Shown: positions 10,365 to 18,909 of the stretch, piece after piece
Position numbering within the stretch: position 1 is the stretch's first letter
How the letters are laid out: every line of letters begins with the position of its first letter
Source of the DNA: Clostridia bacterium
Lineage (GTDB): Bacteria > Bacillota > Clostridia > Christensenellales > DTU072
DNA: 54,370 bases
Reading direction: 5' to 3'
Assembly (NCBI GenBank): GCA_017461065.1
Contig: JAFTZC010000014.1
Coordinates: forward strand, 1-54,370
Notes under the pieces: generated by a model
Seen by the model: only the letters and a program-made list of their open reading frames with translations
Databases searched by the model: none
Told to the model about the DNA's origin: nothing
Position numbers and translations under genes: made by a program

Positions 10365-10669
10365 TGCGAAAGCGAGCTTTCGCAATGAAATACAAAAGCT
10401 AATGCTTTTTGCAATAAATACTCTCGCCTTGCGAGAGCAAGAAATACCTTCACTCCGTTCGGCGCGAAATACAAGTGCAAGCACTTGCGTTAAGGAAAGA
10501 GCATATACTAAGTACTACGATATGCTTTAACTCTCTAATACCGTAACGCAAAAAACTTGTTTTTTGTATTTATTGCCTTGGAGCGTTAGCGCAAAGGTAT
10601 TTATCGCCCGTAGGGTATTTATCGCTGAGCGCAAGCGAAGTATTTATCGCGAATGCTTTGCATTCCGCA
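10365..10669. repeat. Symmetric branched repeat/hairpin element (~305 nt)
   Basis: Four GC-N2-3-(G/T)AAATAC repeats on the left and four GTATTTAT(C/T)GC on the right, each separated by short hairpins, around a central stem. Confidence 0.85.
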
Positions 10670-10691
10670 TTTACGACAGTAAGGAGTAACT

Positions 10692-11393
10692 ATGAAAGTT
10701 TTCGCAATAAGCGACCCCCATCTTTCCTTTGACGAAACCAAGCCAATGAATATTTTTGGCTCGGTTTGGGATAACCATTGGGATGAAATTACTAAGGATT
10801 GGGATAATAGGGTATCGGATGACGATATCGTGCTTATTGCCGGTGATATTTCGTGGGCGATGAAGCTCGAAGACGCCAAGCGCGACCTTGAGCTGATTGG
10901 CAAGCAAAAGGGCATAAAGGTACTTATCCGTGGCAACCACGACTATTGGTGGAGTAGTTACAAAAAAATCCAAGAGATACTCCCCGAAAACCTATATTGC
11001 CTGCAAAACAACGCCGTTAAGTTCGGTAACGTCATTATATGTGGCACTCGCGGTTGGTCGGTGCCCGAACTCGGAGTGGAAACCGACGAGCACGATTTGC
11101 TCCTATACGAGCGTGAAAAACTCCGTTTGGAGCTTTCCCTAAAGGAAGCCAAAAAGCTATGGCAGGAAGGGGATATCATCATTGCAATGATGCACTTCCC
11201 ACCATTCAACTCAAGGTACTTGAGTTCACACTTTACCGATTTATTCAAAGAATACGGCGTACATAGCGTAGTTTACGGACATCTCCACGGCAACGCATCT
11301 CGCACCGTTCTCGTCTACGAAAAGCAAGGTATTTCTTATTATCTTACTTCTTGCGATAAGCTTAATAATAAACTCCAAATAATAGAAATATAG
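10692..11393 (+). CDS. Calcineurin-like metallophosphoesterase
   Basis: DPH, GDIS, GNHD, HFPP and GHLH motifs. Confidence 0.92.
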   Translation: MKVFAISDPHLSFDETKPMNIFGSVWDNHWDEITKDWDNRVSDDDIVLIAGDISWAMKLEDAKRDLELIGKQKGIKVLIRGNHDYWWSSYKKIQEILPENLYCLQNNAVKFGNVIICGTRGWSVPELGVETDEHDLLLYEREKLRLELSLKEAKKLWQEGDIIIAMMHFPPFNSRYLSSHFTDLFKEYGVHSVVYGHLHGNASRTVLVYEKQGISYYLTSCDKLNNKLQIIEI

Positions 11394-11515
11394 ACCACGA
11401 ATTTTAGCGATATACTTTGAAAAACGCAACCCACGGCAGGGCGCAGTACGCCAAGTACAGCAACCCTTTGTGGGTTTTCTTTTTCTTCGTCTATCATCTA
11501 AACTTCGTGGTCTAT
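11390..11515 (+). repeat. 126-nt imperfect palindromic hairpin element (copy B)
   Basis: 12-bp terminal IR ATAGACCACGAA/TTCGTGGTCTAT; central GTACGCCAAGTAC (11446-11458); overlaps the upstream TAG stop. Confidence 0.85.
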
Positions 11516-11532
11516 CGTGCTTTAGGTCACTT

Positions 11533-12036
11533 TTAATTTTCTAATGAATCATCTAATTCAGCATCTTCAAGCGCGCCAAAATTATAGATGTCTATGAATT
11601 TTTTATTTTTTGCATATTTGTAGGTAGCGTAGGCGCCACCTATGCTATAATCCACGTAGGCGAATAGAATTATAGACTTATCAATCATATACTTGTTACG
11701 TGCAAGTATGGCGTATTTTGGTGGGATATGTTCGATAGGTGGGGTGATGATTCCGTCGTAGTAGCCGTCTTGTACTAACAAATCCAATTCTTTTAGATAG
11801 CTTTCGTTAAAGTAGGGTGTAACGACGTAAACTTTAATGGTAGGGAAATATTCTTTTAGTTCTTTTAGTATTACTGCGCAAGTGGAATCAAAAGCTCCTT
11901 GGGCGCCGCAGTAAAAGGTTAATACGCCGCTTTCAATAGTTTCTTTGAGTGCTTTTCTAATTTTTTTTCGTGTAGAATTAGAAAGATAAACATCTCTGTG
12001 TCCAATAAACGTTGCAATTAACCCATTGTTTTTCAT
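11533..12036 (-). CDS. SLOG-superfamily (YpsA/DUF1273-like) protein
   Basis: TFIGHR, GAQGAFD, ARNKYMIDKS and GGAYATYKYA motifs; AT-rich. Confidence 0.8.
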   Translation of the reverse strand: MKNNGLIATFIGHRDVYLSNSTRKKIRKALKETIESGVLTFYCGAQGAFDSTCAVILKELKEYFPTIKVYVVTPYFNESYLKELDLLVQDGYYDGIITPPIEHIPPKYAILARNKYMIDKSIILFAYVDYSIGGAYATYKYAKNKKFIDIYNFGALEDAELDDSLEN

Positions 12037-12078
12037 ATTTCTTCCTTTGTGTAATAAAAATAATTGAATTGCAATATA

Positions 12079-12110
12079 ATAGATACAAAATAGATATATT
12101 ATGTATCTAT
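12079..12110. promoter_or_regulatory. Putative operator between the divergent SLOG and Arc genes
   Basis: ATAGATACA...TGTATCTAT inverted repeat with an extra ATAGATA between the arms. Confidence 0.55.
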
Positions 12111-12174
12111 TTTAACATTTTACCACAAAATGAGTATAAAGTAAATACATATTATGTTTAAAAAGAGGTTAGAA

Positions 12175-12351
12175 ATGGCTGTTAAAAGTTTATCTATTAG
12201 AATTGAAGAAGAAATGTTAGATAAGTTGCACGTTGTTGCTGATTACGAAGAAAGGAGCGCTAACAGCCAAATAATAATCTTGATACGGAATTGTATTGAT
12301 GAATTTGAACAAAAGCACGGTAAGATTATCGTGAGTGAAAAAGATGAATAG
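12175..12351 (+). CDS. Arc-family ribbon-helix-helix DNA-binding protein
   Basis: SLSIRIEEEMLDKLHVVADYEERSANSQI pattern; start at ATG 12175 after GAGGT. Confidence 0.85.
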   Translation: MAVKSLSIRIEEEMLDKLHVVADYEERSANSQIIILIRNCIDEFEQKHGKIIVSEKDE

Positions 12352-12352
12352 T

Positions 12353-12377
12353 AAAGAGCCGATAGGCTCTTTTTTTT
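12353..12377 (+). terminator. Intrinsic terminator
   Basis: AAAGAGCC-GATA-GGCTCTTT plus T-run. Confidence 0.8.
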
Positions 12378-12407
12378 ATCCCAAAAACCATAACTACCTT
12401 TTTGTTT

Positions 12408-12475
12408 GCTGATAAGCAAAGCACTTATCAGCGAATGCAATTTCGCATTCCTCACTCACCATTCCTCATTTTTAA
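12408..12475 (-). repeat. Two hairpins plus a degenerate heptamer array
   Basis: GCTGATAAG/CTTATCAGC and GAATGC/GCATTC hairpins, then TTTCGCA TTCCTCA CTCACCA TTCCTCA TTTTTAA. Confidence 0.65.
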
Positions 12476-12484
12476 CTAATCCAC

Positions 12485-12582
12485 AACTTTTAGCCTTAGC
12501 TAAAAACTTCACTTGTGCTCTGCTCAAACTTCACTACGCAGTAACTTCACTGCGTAGCAACTTCACCTGCGATATCATCGCA
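12485..12582. repeat. AACTTCAC x4 array with mini-hairpin spacers
   Basis: AACTTCAC at 12505, 12527, 12543 and 12559; flanking TTTTAGC/GCTAAAA and TGCGAT/ATCGCA hairpins. Confidence 0.8.
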
Positions 12583-12679
12583 TTACATTTAGAACGCTTG
12601 TTCACATTCGTTCTATTTTTTTGCTCAAAATTTGGTTTGTTTCCCTAATTTTCCCTAAATCACCCTTGATTTTTAATTA

Positions 12680-12714
12680 AAGTGGTTGAAAGTGGTTAAA
12701 GTCTATGGTAAAAT
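12680..12714 (+). promoter_or_regulatory. mraZ/dcw promoter with putative MraZ-binding repeats
   Basis: TTGAAA-17-TAAAAT with TG extension; AAGTGGTT repeated at a 10-bp period, like the GTGG repeats bound by firmicute MraZ. Confidence 0.7.
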
Positions 12715-12745
12715 TTAAGTAGCAAAAGAGGAGAGGACTATACCC

Positions 12746-13183
12746 ATGACTGCATTCTACGGCGAATTTAATCAGATGTTAGACGCAAAAAATCGTATGC
12801 GTCTTCCTGCTAAATATCGCGCACAGTTGGAAGAAGGATATTATATCCTAAACGGCGCAGGCGGTTGCTTGATGGTTATGGACTCCGCTCGCTTTAATGC
12901 TCTAACCGAAAAGTTCAAGGAAGTTCCTTTCAGCGACATACAAGCACGCAAGGCTATCACCAAGATTATGGTCAGCGTAGTTGAGCCCGAAGAAGACGCT
13001 CAAGGTAGATTTGTTCTTCCGGCTAAGGCAAAGGCTTACGCAGGCATCACCAAGAACATCGTGGTAGCAGGAGCCTTTGACCACGTTGAGATTTGGTCGG
13101 AAGAGCGCTACAACGAACTTGGATACGCTGACTCAGACGACTTCAACTCAATGCTGCTTGCTCTAAAGGATTACGGCGTATAA
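12746..13183 (+). CDS. mraZ: Transcriptional regulator MraZ
   Basis: LDAKNRMRLP and DAQGRFVLP duplicated motifs, EIW. Confidence 0.95.
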   Translation: MTAFYGEFNQMLDAKNRMRLPAKYRAQLEEGYYILNGAGGCLMVMDSARFNALTEKFKEVPFSDIQARKAITKIMVSVVEPEEDAQGRFVLPAKAKAYAGITKNIVVAGAFDHVEIWSEERYNELGYADSDDFNSMLLALKDYGV

Positions 13184-13184
13184 T

Positions 13185-14120
13185 ATGGAATTCAAGCATA
13201 TATCCGTTTTATATAACGAGAGCCTTGATGGGCTAAATATCAAAGAAGGCGGCATTTACCTTGACGGAACGCTCGGTGGTGCAGGACACTCAAAGGGAAT
13301 TCTCGAAAGGGTTGGAAGGTGCGGCAGACTTATTGCCAACGACCTTGACACCAACGCCATTGAAAACGCAAAAGTCGTGCTCGCTGATTATCTTGACAAA
13401 GTAACCTTCGTACACGACGATTACAAAAATATACTAACGCACCTTGATGAACTCGAAATTGATGAGCTTGACGGCATACTCCTTGACCTTGGCGTATCGT
13501 CACCGCAAATAGACGACCCAAGCAGAGGGTTCAGCTACTCCAAGCCTGCTCCGCTCGATATGAGAATGGATACCGAGCAAGAGCTTGATGCAAGGGGCGT
13601 AATCAACGGCTACTCCGAAGAAGAGCTAAGCAAAATCTTCTTTGAGTACGGCGAAGATAAGCTCTCACGCAAGATTGCAAGGGCAATAGTAAGAGAGCGC
13701 GAAAAGGAAGAAATCACCACCACTAATAGGCTTGCCGATATCATCGAAAGATGCTATCCCGCAGGATACCGCTTCAAACACGGACACCCTGCAAAGCGAG
13801 TTTTCCAAGCGGTTAGGATAGAAGTCAACGGCGAGCTCGAAGGTTTATACGACTTTATATATAACGTAGCTTTGAGGCTCAAAAAGGGCGGAAGAATGGC
13901 GGTTATAACCTTCCATTCATTAGAAGATAGGATAGTCAAAAACGCATTCCAAGAGCTCGAAAAGGACTGTATATGCGACAAGAGATTGCCCGTATGCGTA
14001 TGTAACAAACGACAAGAAGTAAAGATACTCACCAAAAAGCCGATAGTGGCAAGTGAGCAGGAATTAAAGGATAACAAACGGGCAGAAAGTGCCAAGTTAA
14101 GGATAGTAGAAAGGGTATAG
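13185..14120 (+). CDS. rsmH: 16S rRNA m4C1402 methyltransferase
   Basis: DGTLGGAGHS, DLGVSSPQ, FQAVRIEVN, ITFHSLEDR. Confidence 0.97.
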   Translation: MEFKHISVLYNESLDGLNIKEGGIYLDGTLGGAGHSKGILERVGRCGRLIANDLDTNAIENAKVVLADYLDKVTFVHDDYKNILTHLDELEIDELDGILLDLGVSSPQIDDPSRGFSYSKPAPLDMRMDTEQELDARGVINGYSEEELSKIFFEYGEDKLSRKIARAIVREREKEEITTTNRLADIIERCYPAGYRFKHGHPAKRVFQAVRIEVNGELEGLYDFIYNVALRLKKGGRMAVITFHSLEDRIVKNAFQELEKDCICDKRLPVCVCNKRQEVKILTKKPIVASEQELKDNKRAESAKLRIVERV

Positions 14121-14130
14121 GAGGCCAAAT

Positions 14131-14724
14131 ATGGTAACGCTTAGGAGAGACGTAGCAGCAAGCAATTCTAACAGAATATTTGATAGAATGGATAGAGAAA
14201 CTCTAACCGATTACGACATCTTTATGCGCGAAAAAAGAATGAGCGAAATGTCTCGTTCTTATGGTGCTGCAACCATTACGAGCAACTCTTTCGATATGGA
14301 TACTATCAACTACTTTGGTGCGCCCCAAGTAACCGTAGTAGAGCCCAAACAAGAAAATTACGGCTCATACGACGATTATATGAAAGCTCAACTCCACCGC
14401 GAAAACGGATGTGAAAAACTTCTTTCAAGCGAGGAGTTTTACGCTCAAAAATACACCGAAAACAATGCTACCAAGTATACTTCCAAAAAGGCTAAAAAGA
14501 GCGCAAAGCTCACTAAGGCAGGCAAAATTTTTATCGGTGTTTACGTTCTTATTACCGTAGCAGTTGCATCTACTATATTAGCACTCAATTTGGGTGGCGG
14601 CGAATCCGTCAAGACCAAGGCTAACGCAGACAACAACGAAGGCATCACCGCTTTGGCTATGGAGTTCGAAAAGGAAGACGGCAACTGGTTTGACAGTATG
14701 TGTGATTCACTCTCCAACAAATAA
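14131..14724 (+). CDS. Hypothetical bitopic membrane protein in the ftsL position
   Basis: SD GGAGG, host-like codon use, basic stretch followed by one TM near the C-terminus; identity unresolved. Confidence 0.7.
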   Translation: MVTLRRDVAASNSNRIFDRMDRETLTDYDIFMREKRMSEMSRSYGAATITSNSFDMDTINYFGAPQVTVVEPKQENYGSYDDYMKAQLHRENGCEKLLSSEEFYAQKYTENNATKYTSKKAKKSAKLTKAGKIFIGVYVLITVAVASTILALNLGGGESVKTKANADNNEGITALAMEFEKEDGNWFDSMCDSLSNK

Positions 14725-14762
14725 GGACGGCTTTCGCTCCTAATAGACGATAAGGAGCACTC

Positions 14763-16439
14763 ATCAAAAAAGTAACTAAATTATTACAAAAGAAGAGATT
14801 ATCAGCGCTTGCTTTGCTGGTAATCTTTTTATTTGTTGCAGTAATTTCAAAGCTTGCGGCGGTTATGGTGGTTAGTGGCGAGTCACTTCAAGTAAGGGCA
14901 CTCGAGCAATGGTACCGCGACGTACCGCTCAAGGCGGAGCGTGGCGAAATTTTGGATGCAAACGGGGTGTTGCTTGCTTCAAGCCAAACCACCTACGTAA
15001 TCTACGCCCGACCGATTAGCTGCACCAACAAGGAGCTTACCGCAAGGGTACTTAGCGAAAAGCTAAGTCTAAATTACGAAAAGCTTCTTGCAAAACTCAA
15101 CTCCAAGACCTCCGAAATCACCGTCAAAAAGGGTGTGGATAAGTCGGTCGTGTTGGATATTTTGTCCTTAGGGGTTACGGGCGTGTTCGTGTCACGTAGT
15201 ATCGAGCGCGTTTATCCCTACGGCGACTTCCTAACGCAAGTGATGGGCTTTACCAACGTCGACTGCGTGGGGCAAACGGGGCTTGAGAGCTACTATAACT
15301 CATATCTCCAAGGTCGCGACGGATACGTATGCGTTGCATCCGATTTGGTAGGGCGCAAGCTTAGTGACGACGCTACCTACTACGTCGAAGGGGTAAAGGG
15401 TGCAAGCGTTACGCTCACCATTCAAAAAAATATCCAAGACGCCTTGGAAAACGCCGTAGAGAGTTGCGCTTTGAACACCAAGGCCAAGTCGGTCAGCGCC
15501 ATAGTTATGGACCCAACCGACGGCTCTATCCTTGCAATGGGGACGACTCCCTCCTTTGACCTAAACGACGTGCCGCGCGACGACGTTGCAACCCTTATGA
15601 AGCTATCGCGCGTTAGCTTGGTCAGCGACGTATTCGAGCCGGGCTCCACCTTTAAAATGGTAACTGCGGCGCTTGGGTTGGATTCGGGAAAAATCACTAC
15701 GGGTTACCGTTCTTACTGTGGCGGAGCTCTCGTAGTGGACGGTCAGCGCATAAAGTGTTGGCGCACCATAGGTCACGGCTCGCAGAGTTTTAGTGAAGGC
15801 GTGGCGTCGAGTTGCAACTGTCTTTTTATGAATATTGCGCTAAGCGTGGGCGTAGATTATTTCTATGAAGGTATGGCAAAGTTCGGCGTTACCCAAAAGA
15901 CGGGCATAGATATAAGCGGCGAAGCAAGTGGGCTTACCATTCCCCAAGAGAGCGTCAAAAACGTAGACCTTGCACGCATTGGCTTTGGTCAAGCGGTTGC
16001 TATGACGCCGATAGAGCTCCTTAGAGCTTGCTCGGCGGTTATCAACGGCGGAAACTTGGTTACGCCCCATATATGCTCCCATATTACGGCAAGCGACGGC
16101 AGCGTTATCTACCAAGCGGATAGCTCCGTAACGCGTGGGATTATCAAGGAAAGCACGTCTGCCACTATGCGCGAAGTGCTGGAAACGGTAGTGCTAACGG
16201 GCTCAGGCAAGGGCGCGCAAGTGGAAGGCGTTAGGATAGGCGGCAAGACGGGTACCGCCCAAAAATATGAAAACGGCGCGATAGCGCGTGGCAAATACGT
16301 GTCGACTTTCGTGGGGTTTGCCCCCGTCGAGAGTCCAAAGTATATTGCATTAATCGTAGTAGACGAGCCCGTCGGCGCCTATTACGGTGGGCTGGTAGCA
16401 GCTCCTTACGTAGGACAAATATTCAAGAGTATATTTTAA
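14763..16439 (+). CDS. spoVD: Class B penicillin-binding protein (SpoVD/FtsI-like, no PASTA domain)
   Basis: RGEILD, RVYP, FEPGSTFK, SCN, KTGT; start extended to ATC 14763 after AAGGAG (ORF track start 14814). Confidence 0.85.
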   Translation: MKKVTKLLQKKRLSALALLVIFLFVAVISKLAAVMVVSGESLQVRALEQWYRDVPLKAERGEILDANGVLLASSQTTYVIYARPISCTNKELTARVLSEKLSLNYEKLLAKLNSKTSEITVKKGVDKSVVLDILSLGVTGVFVSRSIERVYPYGDFLTQVMGFTNVDCVGQTGLESYYNSYLQGRDGYVCVASDLVGRKLSDDATYYVEGVKGASVTLTIQKNIQDALENAVESCALNTKAKSVSAIVMDPTDGSILAMGTTPSFDLNDVPRDDVATLMKLSRVSLVSDVFEPGSTFKMVTAALGLDSGKITTGYRSYCGGALVVDGQRIKCWRTIGHGSQSFSEGVASSCNCLFMNIALSVGVDYFYEGMAKFGVTQKTGIDISGEASGLTIPQESVKNVDLARIGFGQAVAMTPIELLRACSAVINGGNLVTPHICSHITASDGSVIYQADSSVTRGIIKESTSATMREVLETVVLTGSGKGAQVEGVRIGGKTGTAQKYENGAIARGKYVSTFVGFAPVESPKYIALIVVDEPVGAYYGGLVAAPYVGQIFKSIF

Positions 16440-16453
16440 TCGCAAGGAGAGAT

Positions 16454-17905
16454 ATGTTACTTAAAGAGCTTCTAAAAAACGTCGAAGTGCTTGGAAGTAT
16501 AAGCGAAGACGTGTTGAATATAGATATTTCAAGCCTAACCCTAAACTCTAACGAGTGCAAGGATGGCAGTTTGTTTTTTGCCATACGCGGCGAAAATAAC
16601 GACGGCGCAAACTATTTAAGCGATGCCGAAGCAGGTGGCGCAAGGTGCGTTGTAAGCGATAGGGAGTGTAAGTGCTCTATTCCTTGCATAGTTACGACCA
16701 ACGTGCGTGCAAGTATGGCAAAAATTGCCTCTAATTTCTACTATAACTCCCACGAAGAACTCAAAATCATAGGCGTTACGGGTACCAACGGCAAGACGAC
16801 CACCGTCAATATGATTTCAAGGGTACTAAAGGCTTACGGCAAGCGCGTTTGTACTATCGGAACGCTTGGAGCCTACGTCCAAGACGTCAAAATAAGCGAA
16901 ACTCTAACTACTCCCGACCCAATCGAGCTACACCGCCTATTCGAAATAGCAAAGCTCAGCGGTGTGGAGTACGTCGTAATGGAAGTAAGCGCCCACGCGC
17001 TCTACTACGACAAGCTTTGCGGCGTCAAGTTCGAAGTGGTAGCGCTAACCAACTTCACCCAAGACCACCTTGACTTTTTTGGCACAATGCAAGCCTACCA
17101 AAGCGCGAAAGAAAGGCTTTTTTCGCCTGATTTTAGTCAGTTTCAAGTGCTAAACGCCGATGACGATATGGGTATCAAGCTACTAAACTCTACCGAAGTG
17201 CCGTATGCAACCTACGGCATATACAATCCCAGCGACGTGTTTGCAATCGACTACGAAACGCGCTCGGGCATCAAGTGTATCGTCAACTGTTTCGACGACG
17301 TTTTTGAGTTATCCACACCTTTTAGCGGAGATTTTAACCTATACAACGTGCTGACTGCCGTAACCGTTTTAAGGTTGCTTTCCGTACCCACCGAGCAGAT
17401 AATTTCAAGTTTCCTACGTATGGAAGAAGTACCCGGTAGGTTTAATATTTTAGGCAAGCAAAAAAGGGTAATAATAGACTATGCACACACCCCCGACGGT
17501 CTAAAAAACCTTCTTGAGAGCGCGCGCAAGCTAACGGATGGGCGTTTAATACTCGTTTTCGGTTGCGGTGGCAACCGAGATAGCAAAAAGCGTAGCATTA
17601 TGGGTAGGATTGCGGCAAGTCTTGCCGATTTTACCGTAATCACTTCGGATAATCCGCGCTACGAGGAGCCGCTAAACATCATTTCCGAGATAGAGCGCGG
17701 ACACAAAGAAATAAGTTCAAGCTACATAACCATCATCGAGCGTTCCCACGCCGTAAACTATGCTGTGAGCACCGCCGAAAGTCGCGACCTCGTGGTAATT
17801 GCAGGCAAGGGGGCGGAAGAATATCTCGAAATAAAGGGGGAAAGGCGCCCGTACTCCGATAGGACGGAAGTGCTTGAGGTGCTAAAGAGTTTGAACTATG
17901 AGTGA
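16454..17905 (+). CDS. murE: UDP-MurNAc-dipeptide--meso-DAP ligase
   Basis: GTNGKTT, MEVSAH, DYAHTPD, DNPR (DAP-specific). Confidence 0.96.
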   Translation: MLLKELLKNVEVLGSISEDVLNIDISSLTLNSNECKDGSLFFAIRGENNDGANYLSDAEAGGARCVVSDRECKCSIPCIVTTNVRASMAKIASNFYYNSHEELKIIGVTGTNGKTTTVNMISRVLKAYGKRVCTIGTLGAYVQDVKISETLTTPDPIELHRLFEIAKLSGVEYVVMEVSAHALYYDKLCGVKFEVVALTNFTQDHLDFFGTMQAYQSAKERLFSPDFSQFQVLNADDDMGIKLLNSTEVPYATYGIYNPSDVFAIDYETRSGIKCIVNCFDDVFELSTPFSGDFNLYNVLTAVTVLRLLSVPTEQIISSFLRMEEVPGRFNILGKQKRVIIDYAHTPDGLKNLLESARKLTDGRLILVFGCGGNRDSKKRSIMGRIAASLADFTVITSDNPRYEEPLNIISEIERGHKEISSSYITIIERSHAVNYAVSTAESRDLVVIAGKGAEEYLEIKGERRPYSDRTEVLEVLKSLNYE

Positions 17906-18899
17906 TTTTGAATGGATAGCGGTGGCGTTTGTTGCCACCTTCCTGCTTGGAATGTTGATAGGCCCTGCGGTAATCAAGGTAGCAACCAAGCTAAAAGCAA
18001 AGCAGACCATACTCGGCTACGTCGAGCAGCATAGCCTAAAGACGGGCACACCCACCTTTGGTGGGCTTATCTTTTTGCTACCCTTCGTAGTTGTTTCGGC
18101 CGTACTTGGCGGCTTTGAGTATTCGATTACCAGGATGGCAATCGTAGTTACGTTGGCGTATGGGCTAATCGGCTTTCTCGACGACTTTTTGAAGGTGCGC
18201 TTCAAGGAAAACAAGGGGCTAAAGGCATACCAAAAGATAATATTCCAAACGGGAGTAGCCGTCTTTATTGCCTACTTTAGCTTCAAAAACCCCTTTATAG
18301 GCGGCAGTATTGCGCTAAACTTCGGCTTGGGAGAGCTAAATCTCGGTTATTTTTATATCCCGTTCGCCGTGCTCGTCTATATTGCTATGTCTAACGCCGT
18401 CAACCTAACCGACGGCTTGGACGGCTTGGCAGGCACCACCACCGCCGTTTATATCGTAAGCTTTATGGCAATCACGCTCGTTAGCTATCTCGATGCGCTG
18501 GAGTACGGCAAAACCCAGTATTCCAAGGAGCTTCTTTCCCTTATGCTCACGAGCGCTTCGCTCGTTGGCGGTGTGGTGGCGTTTTTGTGGTTCAATTCCC
18601 ACAAGGCCAAGATATTTATGGGGGACACAGGCTCCCTTGCTCTCGGCGCTTACGCAGGGGCGCAAGCTCTCTTTATAAAAAATCCGCTCGTCAGCGTACT
18701 CGTAGGCATAATGCCGGTTATCAGTTGCATATCAGTTATAGTGCAGGTGGCGAGCTTCAAACTTAGGGGTAAGCGCGTGCTACTGATGGCGCCACTCCAC
18801 CATCATCTTGAGCTAAAAGGGCTAAACGAGAGCAAAATCGTCGCTTTTTACGGGATAATCACCCTAATTGCAGGGGTGGTATCTCTACTAATAATCTAA
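17898..18899 (+). CDS. mraY: Phospho-MurNAc-pentapeptide transferase
   Basis: GTPTFGG, NAVNLTDGLDGL, FMGDTGS, APLHHHLE. Confidence 0.97.
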   Translation: MSDFEWIAVAFVATFLLGMLIGPAVIKVATKLKAKQTILGYVEQHSLKTGTPTFGGLIFLLPFVVVSAVLGGFEYSITRMAIVVTLAYGLIGFLDDFLKVRFKENKGLKAYQKIIFQTGVAVFIAYFSFKNPFIGGSIALNFGLGELNLGYFYIPFAVLVYIAMSNAVNLTDGLDGLAGTTTAVYIVSFMAITLVSYLDALEYGKTQYSKELLSLMLTSASLVGGVVAFLWFNSHKAKIFMGDTGSLALGAYAGAQALFIKNPLVSVLVGIMPVISCISVIVQVASFKLRGKRVLLMAPLHHHLELKGLNESKIVAFYGIITLIAGVVSLLII

Positions 18900-18909
18900 G
18901 GAGAGTAAT

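Noticed and set aside
10365-10669. CRISPR array
   Set aside because: Repeats are only 11-12 nt and invert halfway, spacers are 7-20-nt hairpins, and no cas genes are present.
12485-12582. Mini-CRISPR or coding ORF (12406-12648)
   Set aside because: 8-nt repeats with 8-14-nt spacers; the ORF is a translation of the repeats with no SD.
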